This document shows, piece after piece, positions 21,255-28,131 of a stretch of DNA of 46,946 bases. This stretch comes from an uncultured Thermodesulfobacteriota bacterium (lineage in GTDB: Bacteria > Desulfobacterota > B13-G15), in the NCBI GenBank assembly GCA_964480925.1, contig CAYZRR010000039.1:1-46946 (forward strand), given 5' to 3'. A program made the position numbers and the translations under genes. Each line of letters begins with the position of its first letter. Position 1 is the stretch's first letter. The notes under the pieces are model-generated. The model was given only the letters and a program-made list of their open reading frames with translations. It ran no database searches and was not told the origin of the DNA.

Positions 21255-22507
21255 GCCTTTTGATCAAAGGGGCAAAGATTTGGGGGAAAGAGGCGGCAGA
21301 TATTTACATTGAGGGAAATCGCATAAAAAGGATAGCACCTCGTTTGGATCTTCCCTCCGAGGAGGTTATAGAAGCAAAAGGTATGTGGGCGTTCCCCCCC
21401 TTCTTTAACGGGCATACCCATGCCGCTATGGTCCTTTTCAGAGGGTATGCCGATGACATGCCCTTAAAGGAATGGCTATCCGAGAAAATTTGGCCGCTTG
21501 AGGCCAAACTCACGGAGGAAGACGTTTATTGGGGAACAAAGCTTGCCTGTTTGGAGATGATAAAGTCGGGTACCTTATTCTTCAACGATATGTATTGGCA
21601 TTGGAGAGGGGTGGCCGAAGCGGTAAAGGAGATGGGCATAAGGGCCTGTGTGAGTGCGGTATTTATTGATTTTTTTGATCGCTCCAAATATGAGGAACAA
21701 GTCCGTTTAAACGTAAGACTTATGGAAGAATCCAAAGCTTATCCCTCACGGGTGATCTTCGCCCTTGGGCCTCATGCCATTTATACTTGTTCCGAGGAGG
21801 GGTTAAGGTGGTGTAGCGAATTCGCTAAGGAGCACGGTCTTTTAATTCATATCCATTTGAGTGAGACCGAAGAAGAGGTAAAGGAATGCTTAAAACTTAA
21901 GGGCTTAAGACCGGTTGAGTATTTGGAGAAGATCGGTTTTTTGGGCCCTAATGTGATAGCTGCTCATTCCGTATGGCTCTCGGAAAAGGAGATGGATCTG
22001 TTAGCCCAATATGAAGTTAAAGTCATCTATAATCCCGTTTCTAACATGAAGCTTTCGGTGAGAGGGGTTTTCCCTTATGGAGAATTGAGAAAAAGAGGGG
22101 TTCAGATTCTGCTTGGGACCGATGGATGTGCCTCTAACAACAATTTGGATATGCTACAGAGTGCGAAAATCGGGTCCCTTCTCCAAAAGCACCACACCGG
22201 TGACCCTCAGGCGATGCCTGCAAAAGAAGCCTTGGAGATCATCACCCGAGCAGGGGCGAAGGCCTTCGGGATAGAGGCCGAGCTCAAAGAAGGGGATCTT
22301 GCTGATCTTATCCTAATAAACCCTAATGATGAGAGATTGGTTCCTGGTTTTGATCCGGCTTCCGATTTGATATATTCGGCAACAGGTTCAGTGGTGGATA
22401 CCGCCATCTGTGACGGGAAGGTTCTCATGAGAGGAAGAAAGGTGGAGGGTGAAGAGGAGCTGGTAGAAGAAGTGCGGAAAAGGGCCTTTGAGCTTTTAAG
22501 CCGATGA
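21251..22507 (+). CDS. mtaD: 5-methylthioadenosine/S-adenosylhomocysteine deaminase-type amidohydrolase
   Basis: NGHTHAAM (HxH), IHIHLSETEEE, AAHSVWL and LGTDGCASNN motifs of the MtaD/Tm0936-like deaminase subgroup. ATGA overlap with the MTAP-like gene. Confidence 0.8.
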   Translation: MSLLIKGAKIWGKEAADIYIEGNRIKRIAPRLDLPSEEVIEAKGMWAFPPFFNGHTHAAMVLFRGYADDMPLKEWLSEKIWPLEAKLTEEDVYWGTKLACLEMIKSGTLFFNDMYWHWRGVAEAVKEMGIRACVSAVFIDFFDRSKYEEQVRLNVRLMEESKAYPSRVIFALGPHAIYTCSEEGLRWCSEFAKEHGLLIHIHLSETEEEVKECLKLKGLRPVEYLEKIGFLGPNVIAAHSVWLSEKEMDLLAQYEVKVIYNPVSNMKLSVRGVFPYGELRKRGVQILLGTDGCASNNNLDMLQSAKIGSLLQKHHTGDPQAMPAKEALEIITRAGAKAFGIEAELKEGDLADLILINPNDERLVPGFDPASDLIYSATGSVVDTAICDGKVLMRGRKVEGEEELVEEVRKRAFELLSR

Positions 22508-22974
22508 AATTCCTATTGGATCAAGCCTTAGGAGGACTTTGTAAATGGCTTAGAATTTTGGGCTACGATGCGATCTCCCTAAGAGAGGACCCCGAGACAA
22601 TCCTCAAAAAGGCTCAGGAAGAGGGAAGAATTATCGTCACCAGGACAAGAGGGCTTTTTGAAAAGATAAAGGGCAAAGGGCAGGTTTATTTTATAAGAGA
22701 AAATAAGCCTCTTTTTCAACTCAAAGAACTTTTCGGTAATTTGGACCTTAAGGTAAGGGAAGAGACGCTTTTTAGCAGGTGTCTTCTATGTAACCAAGAA
22801 CTAAGGGAGGTATCGCCCGACGAGGTGAAGGATAGGGTTCCGGATTTCATCTTTAGGACTCACACTCATTTTTCCGAATGTCCCAAATGCCATAGGGTCT
22901 TTTGGGGAGGGACTCATTACGAGAGGATGATAAAGACCCTTAGGGAGGTTTTCGGTGAGGATAACTGGGGGTGA
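22504..22974 (+). CDS. Mut7-C (PIN-like) RNase domain protein with C-terminal zinc ribbon
   Basis: FLLDQALGGLCKWLRILGYD N-terminus. CLLCNQEL...CPKCHRVFW zinc ribbon. Confidence 0.7.
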   Translation: MKFLLDQALGGLCKWLRILGYDAISLREDPETILKKAQEEGRIIVTRTRGLFEKIKGKGQVYFIRENKPLFQLKELFGNLDLKVREETLFSRCLLCNQELREVSPDEVKDRVPDFIFRTHTHFSECPKCHRVFWGGTHYERMIKTLREVFGEDNWG

Positions 22975-23515
22975 ATTAAAGGGCAGAAGGGTGAAAGGAC
23001 CTCAAGGAAGGTTTTTAAGGCCTACTTCCGAAAAGGTCAGAAAAGCCATATTCGATTTGCTTACGCCTTATGATATCAAGGGGAAGGTCCTGGACCTTTT
23101 CGCGGGAAGCGGCACTTTGGGCTTTGAGGCTTTAAGCCGAGGGGCCGAAGAGGTGGTTTTTGTCGAAAAGGATAAGGGAGTGGCGGATTTAATAAAAGAA
23201 AACTTAAAACTTCTCGGACTCGAAGGTAAAGCCAAAGTTTTAAATATGGAGGCGAAAAAATCGCTCCGAGTGTTAGCAGAAAAAGGGTTTATCTTCGATT
23301 TGATATTAATGGATCCTCCTTATAAGGATTACGCTAAAATTCATCTTATCCTTGAAGATATAAAAGCCAAAAAACTTCTTGCTTCCCATGGGTTGGTGAT
23401 CCTTGAGCATTCGTCCCGTGAAACACCACTTGAAATTTCCGGATGGAAGATTGTCTCTAACAGACGTTATGGTGATACTGCAATAAGTATTTTCATTCTC
23501 GCGGACGAAGAATAA
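22955..23515 (+). CDS. rsmD: 16S rRNA (guanine966-N2)-methyltransferase
   Basis: GTG start with GGGAGG 6 nt upstream. MRITGGELKGRRV, LDLFAGSGTLGFEALSRGA and MDPPY. Confidence 0.85.
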   Translation: MRITGGELKGRRVKGPQGRFLRPTSEKVRKAIFDLLTPYDIKGKVLDLFAGSGTLGFEALSRGAEEVVFVEKDKGVADLIKENLKLLGLEGKAKVLNMEAKKSLRVLAEKGFIFDLILMDPPYKDYAKIHLILEDIKAKKLLASHGLVILEHSSRETPLEISGWKIVSNRRYGDTAISIFILADEE

Positions 23516-23684
23516 GTTTATGTTCAAGTAAGTTTATCTCCACTATCTCCGCATCTACGGTTTTTTCTTCCCCAAAAAGGTTAATTAAGCGCAATTTTTC
23601 ACCTTCTGGAATGATAGTTGCAATCTCAGTTAATAACTCCTCAAGTTTCCCATCTTTCAGCAAATAAGCGGTTGACTGACACAT
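23493..23684 (-). CDS. cooT: CooT-family small nickel-binding protein
   Basis: 63 aa starting MCQSTAYL with the conserved Cys2. The beta-barrel-like pattern ...LINLFGEEKTV... matches the family as I recall it. Confidence 0.65.
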   Translation of the reverse strand: MCQSTAYLLKDGKLEELLTEIATIIPEGEKLRLINLFGEEKTVDAEIVEINLLEHKLILRPRE

Positions 23685-24442
23685 AGTTCTCCTCCTTTTA
23701 AAAAGTAATCGATAATGGACAAAGCTAAAGCTTCAAGCGTGTATTCATTAGGCATAACTTTTGGTTCAATTCCGTATTTTTTTAAAGCTTCTGCTGTTAC
23801 AGGGCCAATTACTGCTACTTGGAGATTGGAAGGTCGATTTTCGGATAGGGCTTTAAAGAAATTGTGAACCGCTTGAGCGCTGGTAAAAACCACAAGGTCT
23901 ATTTGATCCAATTCCTTAAGTAAAAAGGGCAGATTATCAGGCATTTCTACCTTATAAAGGTGAACCTCCGTTACTTCGGCACCTTCTTTAAGGAGTTTTT
24001 CTTTAAGAAGAGGACTTGCTTCTTTAGCCCTCAGGAGTAACACCTTTTTTCCTTTAATGCCTTTTTTTATCATTTCACACGCCAAGGTTTTCGAGTCGTA
24101 TTCCGAAGGCATTAAATCGACCTTTTGGCCGTATTCCGCTAAAGCTTTAGCAGTACCAGGACCTATGGCCGCGATTTTTACGGGAAAAGGATCGCGTTTT
24201 TCTTTTGAGAGAAATTGTTCGAAGAATATCTTTACCCCATTTTTGCTGGTAAACACAACCCACTCGAAGGTTGACAAATTTTCAACGAGCTCTTCAAAAA
24301 AGGGCGGTTTTTCCAATGGGGTTATCTTTAAAGTTGGGATCCATAGGACATGGATCCCCGCTTCCTCCAAGATCCTTTTAAGAGGGCTTTCTTCTTCCTT
24401 AGGTCTTGTTATCAAAACCTTAGGTCGTCTTGAATTGAGCAT
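23657..24442 (-). CDS. hemD: uroporphyrinogen-III synthase
   Basis: Start moved to ATG 24442, giving MLNSRRPKVLITRP. Two-lobe repeat with VVFTSKNGV and VVFTSAQAV, plus AAIGPGTA and AVIGPVTA. Confidence 0.8.
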   Translation of the reverse strand: MLNSRRPKVLITRPKEEESPLKRILEEAGIHVLWIPTLKITPLEKPPFFEELVENLSTFEWVVFTSKNGVKIFFEQFLSKEKRDPFPVKIAAIGPGTAKALAEYGQKVDLMPSEYDSKTLACEMIKKGIKGKKVLLLRAKEASPLLKEKLLKEGAEVTEVHLYKVEMPDNLPFLLKELDQIDLVVFTSAQAVHNFFKALSENRPSNLQVAVIGPVTAEALKKYGIEPKVMPNEYTLEALALSIIDYFLKGGELCVSQPLIC

Positions 24443-25518
24443 AGAGATATGCCTCGATGAAGTCGTCCAAATCTCCGTCCAATACCCTTTCGGCATCGCT
24501 TCTTTCCACATTGGTGCGGTGATCTTTTACAAGTTTATATGGTTGAAGGATATAAGACCTAATCTGATTTCCCCAGGCGATCTCCTTTTGATTTTTGTGA
24601 ATTTCCTTCCATTTTTCCAGCTTTTTTTGCCTTTCTAGTTCGTAAAGTTTGGCTTTGAGAAGTTTTAAAGCCATTGCCTTATTTTGATGTTGAGACCTTT
24701 CATTTTGACACTGGACCACAATGCCAGTCGGCAAGTGAGTTATTCGAACTGCGGTCTCGGTTTTATTAACGTGCTGTCCTCCAGGACCGCTTGAGCGGAA
24801 GGTCTCTATTTTGATGTCCGATTCTTTTATTTCGATCTTTATGTCATCGGGTGTCTCCGGGAATACGGAGACCGAAGCGAAGGAAGTGTGTCGGCGTCTA
24901 CTTGCGTCAAAAGGCGAGATCCTGACTAACCGGTGGACTCCAGTTTCTCCCTTTAAATAACCATAGGCGTACTCTCCTCGGATGAGTAAAGTGGCACTTT
25001 TAATCCCCGCCTCTTCGCCCGGGCTTAAGTCGACAACTTCACTTTTCCATCCTTTCTCTTCGGCATATCTAACGTACATCCTCAGTAACATTTCTGCCCA
25101 GTCCTGTGCTTCCGTACCTCCTGCCCCTGCATTAATGTTCAAAAAGGCGTTGGCTTTATCATCTTCCTCGGTAAAAAGCCTTTCGATCTCCCAACGTTTT
25201 ACTTCTGAACGTAATCTTTTGAGCCTCTCCTCGGCTTCTTGCAGAAATTCATTGTCTTCCAGACACAATTCGAGCAACGTTTGTATCTCTATTTCTTCCT
25301 TCTTTATTTGTTCCCAACGGTGGATCTCCCTTTCAAGATACGCCTTTTCTTGTAGTAACCTTTTCGCCTTCTCTTGATCGTTCCAAAAATCGGGCTTGGT
25401 CTCTTCCGATAGAATTTGATTTAACCTTTCTAATTTCTTAGAAAGGTCAAAGATAGCCTCCCAGAAGGGCTATCCGACCCTTTAAGTCCTCAAAATTTTG
25501 AAACAATTCCTCGTGCAT
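24420..25518 (-). CDS. prfB: peptide chain release factor 2, expressed through a programmed +1 frameshift (frame 0: 25518-25447; frame +1: 25448-24420; 365 aa)
   Basis: The ORF track shows only the downstream 285 aa. Hand translation from ATG 25518 (GGGGGAGGTG RBS) gives MHEELFQNFEDLKGRIALLGGYL, then TGA. Shifting +1 at CTT TGA C continues DLSKKLERLNQILSEETKPDFWNDQEKAKRLL... into the listed ORF. The SPF and GGQ motifs are present. Confidence 0.95.
25446..25462 (-). promoter_or_regulatory. prfB autoregulatory +1 frameshift site
   Basis: The minus strand reads GGGAGG CTAT CTT TGA C. This is an internal Shine-Dalgarno-like element 4 nt before the slippery CUU-UGA-C, as in the classical RF2 site. 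Confidence 0.9.
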
Positions 25519-26300
25519 CCTCTTACACCTCCCCCTTTTGGGAATCGGTCCATAAAATGATAATCACCATATTTCACTTCTACAAGAAACAGGCCTTCAG
25601 GAGGGGCGGTAAAAGAGGCCTTTTTTCGGTCGCGCGCTTCTAAGATTTGCCGGAAGTCCTCAGGCTTAATTTTGCCACGGCCTACATCTATTAAGGTTCC
25701 CACAATACTTCGGGCCATTCCTCTTAAAAAACCGCTTGCCTCAAATAGGAAAAAAAGAAAAGGTGAATCAAGCGTGATTTCTGCCCTTAACATTTCTCTA
25801 ACGGGGTTTTTTGCGCTTGATCCGCTCAGTTTAAAGCTGGAGAAATCGTGGCTACCTTTGAGCATTTCACAACATTCCTTCATCGCTTCAAGGTCAAGAA
25901 CTTGAGGGATATGCCAGCTAAAGCGCCTAATGAGGGGGGAGCGAATCGGCTTTAATAGGATCACGTATTCATAGGTTTTGCTCTTGGCCCAATATCGCGG
26001 ATGGAACTCCAAGGGTACCTCCTCTATTTGATGAATTACAATGTCCTCCGGCAAAAGCGCGTTAAACGCTTTAAACATGGCCTCAAGATGAAGACTTGAG
26101 TTTGTTTTGAAACAGGCCACTTGCCCAAGTGCGTGTACTCCCCTATCGGTGCGGCTTGCCCCAAGAAGATGGATATCCTCTCCTAAGACTTTTTTGATGG
26201 TATTTTCCATTACTTCCTGTACAGTCCGACAATTAGGCTGTTTCTGCCAGCCGAAAAAATCCGTTCCGTCATATTCGATCGTCAGTTTTATGTTCCTCAC
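25482..26300 (-). CDS. truA: tRNA pseudouridine(38-40) synthase
   Basis: MRNIKLTIEYDGTDFFGWQKQ and the catalytic GASRTDRGVHA. The 3' end overlaps the prfB start by 37 nt. Confidence 0.9.
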   Translation of the reverse strand: MRNIKLTIEYDGTDFFGWQKQPNCRTVQEVMENTIKKVLGEDIHLLGASRTDRGVHALGQVACFKTNSSLHLEAMFKAFNALLPEDIVIHQIEEVPLEFHPRYWAKSKTYEYVILLKPIRSPLIRRFSWHIPQVLDLEAMKECCEMLKGSHDFSSFKLSGSSAKNPVREMLRAEITLDSPFLFFLFEASGFLRGMARSIVGTLIDVGRGKIKPEDFRQILEARDRKKASFTAPPEGLFLVEVKYGDYHFMDRFPKGGGVRGCTRNCFKILRT

Positions 26301-27358
26301 AGCTTAATGGCGCCGCGGATACAGATCTCTTGACAACAATAACAACAAATACATTTTTCTAAGTCAAAAATCGGGCGTTTATCCTTTAACTTAATGGCCC
26401 TCGGGGGACATACTTGAGCACATTCTCCGCATCCTTCGCATTTTTGAGGGGCCAATTTGGGTTTAGGCATAAAAAACCTCCGTAGAAACTTAAACGGAGA
26501 GGGTAGGGGAATTGCCCCCTTAGGTAACTTGAAGCCCCTCAAATTCAAAGAATCCCCTAAGACCTTTATCTCCGGAAGGAGACTGCGCTTTTGGGCCACC
26601 TTTAGAGTTAAAAGGTCCTCAGGGGAAAGGCCTAATCCTTCTACAACGGCTCGGTCAAGCGCCAAAGGATCTTTTGAGGCGATTAATTTTCCGATGAACC
26701 TCAGATCCCCCGCTGAAGGACCATTTCCCTCCATACCCCAAACGGCATCCAAAATGGTCAAAGAGGGTTTAACCGTAAGCGCGATCTCCAAAAGAAGAGT
26801 CGAAAAGGCCTCTCTATCAATACCGGCTTTAAGGTGCCAGGAAGTTTTTTTCATGCCAGGTACACATCCGAAGAGGTTTTTAACCCCAAGGGTCAAAAGG
26901 GTCATCGAATGGGTTTTTAACTTGGGCAGATTAATCACGTGATTCACCTCGAGTACCCGAGGGTCCAGTTCGATTTTTTTGAAGGAGAACCCAGAGGGCG
27001 TATGTACAGTAACGCTTTGATCCAGGTTGATGATTTCGACCCCTTCACTTTTTGCCACTTCCGACATGCCCGTTCTTTTTGCGACCAATTGAAAAGGTCC
27101 TAAAGAGGGGCTATCACCTATTATCACCCGGGCTCCTATGTCCTTTAGTATCTCCGTTAGGGCTTTCACTAAAAGTGGATGAGTCGTTACGCCTTTTTCG
27201 GGGGGAGAGGGCCTTAAGAGGTTGGGTTTGATTAAGACTTTCTCGGTCGGTTTAATAAGAGTTTCTATTCCCCCTAAAGCGGAAAAAAGTTCTTCAAGTG
27301 TTCTTTTTAATAATTTTTCGTCATAGGAAGGGCAATCAAGAGAGATTACAGGGATCAT
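26297..27358 (-). CDS. DUF362 domain protein with C-terminal 2x[4Fe-4S] ferredoxin domain
   Basis: 353 aa. The C-terminus has CEGCGECAQVCP and CICCYCCQEIC. The N-terminal ~290 aa resemble DUF362 as I recall it (KPNLL..., THP, GxxGNGP). Confidence 0.65.
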   Translation of the reverse strand: MIPVISLDCPSYDEKLLKRTLEELFSALGGIETLIKPTEKVLIKPNLLRPSPPEKGVTTHPLLVKALTEILKDIGARVIIGDSPSLGPFQLVAKRTGMSEVAKSEGVEIINLDQSVTVHTPSGFSFKKIELDPRVLEVNHVINLPKLKTHSMTLLTLGVKNLFGCVPGMKKTSWHLKAGIDREAFSTLLLEIALTVKPSLTILDAVWGMEGNGPSAGDLRFIGKLIASKDPLALDRAVVEGLGLSPEDLLTLKVAQKRSLLPEIKVLGDSLNLRGFKLPKGAIPLPSPFKFLRRFFMPKPKLAPQKCEGCGECAQVCPPRAIKLKDKRPIFDLEKCICCYCCQEICIRGAIKL

Positions 27359-28131
27359 ATCATAAGGTTTAAGTTTTCCACTAAGTTTTGAAAGATTTTT
27401 GCTATTTCTTCCTTTACTCGAGGATCAAGATCATAAGGGGAGAGCCCCCTTTTATCCGCTTCTTGAATGGAAGGAAGATAAGGGAAATATCCCAAAATCG
27501 GTAACCCATTCATTCCTTCCTCGATAAACCTTTTGTCCTCTTCTGAAACGACCTTGTTTCCCACTACGAATATCCTTTTTACCCCCAATTGGTCTGCCAT
27601 TTCTTTAATCTGCCAAGCGGTGGAGATGCTTCTCTGTCCTGGTTCTACCACCACCAAAAAGGCATCGACCCCTTTTGTACTACCTCGACTTAAATGTTCG
27701 AGGCCCGCTTCCATATCTACGATGACGAACTCCTCTCGTTTGACCAGAATATGGTGAAGCAACGTTTTAAGGAGTGCATTTTCGGGACAAAAGCAACCGG
27801 TTCCAGCCTTTTGTAAGGTTCCAAGTATAAGGAGTTTCACCCCGTACTTGGTTTTACCGAAAGTATCAGGTATATCGTCCACTTTAGGGTTCAGATTGAA
27901 AAGACCCCCCGGCATCACTTCAGTTCGTTCCTTCACCAGTTCCTTCATCTGGGCTAAAGGTTTTACCCCCCTTATTTCTTCTTCCTTGAATCCGAGAGCC
28001 GAGGCCAAATTTGCATCAGGGTCCGCATCTATGGCCAAAACCTTATAGCCCTTTTCGGCTAGAAACCGAGCCAACCCTCCTGCTAAGGTGGTTTTTCCGA
28101 CTCCTCCTTTTCCTGCAACGGCTATTTTCAT
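27355..28131 (-). CDS. cooC: CooC-type (MinD/ParA superfamily) nickel-insertion ATPase
   Basis: Deviant Walker A AGKGGVGKTT, IDADPDANL, and the CooC-specific CxC motif in GTGCFCPEN. Confidence 0.8.
   Translation of the reverse strand: MKIAVAGKGGVGKTTLAGGLARFLAEKGYKVLAIDADPDANLASALGFKEEEIRGVKPLAQMKELVKERTEVMPGGLFNLNPKVDDIPDTFGKTKYGVKLLILGTLQKAGTGCFCPENALLKTLLHHILVKREEFVIVDMEAGLEHLSRGSTKGVDAFLVVVEPGQRSISTAWQIKEMADQLGVKRIFVVGNKVVSEEDKRFIEEGMNGLPILGYFPYLPSIQEADKRGLSPYDLDPRVKEEIAKIFQNLVENLNLMI

Noticed and set aside
24057-24638. Long antisense ORFs inside real genes, for example 24057-24638 (193 aa), 26457-26942 (161 aa), 31917-32375 (152 aa), 42148-42591 (147 aa), 24982-25377 (131 aa), 14020-14361 and 14788-15132
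   Set aside because: Each is fully embedded opposite a gene with strong family motifs (hemD/prfB, DUF362, PBP1A, histidine kinase, aminopeptidase, guaB). They show Ser/Leu/Arg/Phe-rich mirror-frame composition and have no RBS or motifs. They are treated as shadow ORFs.
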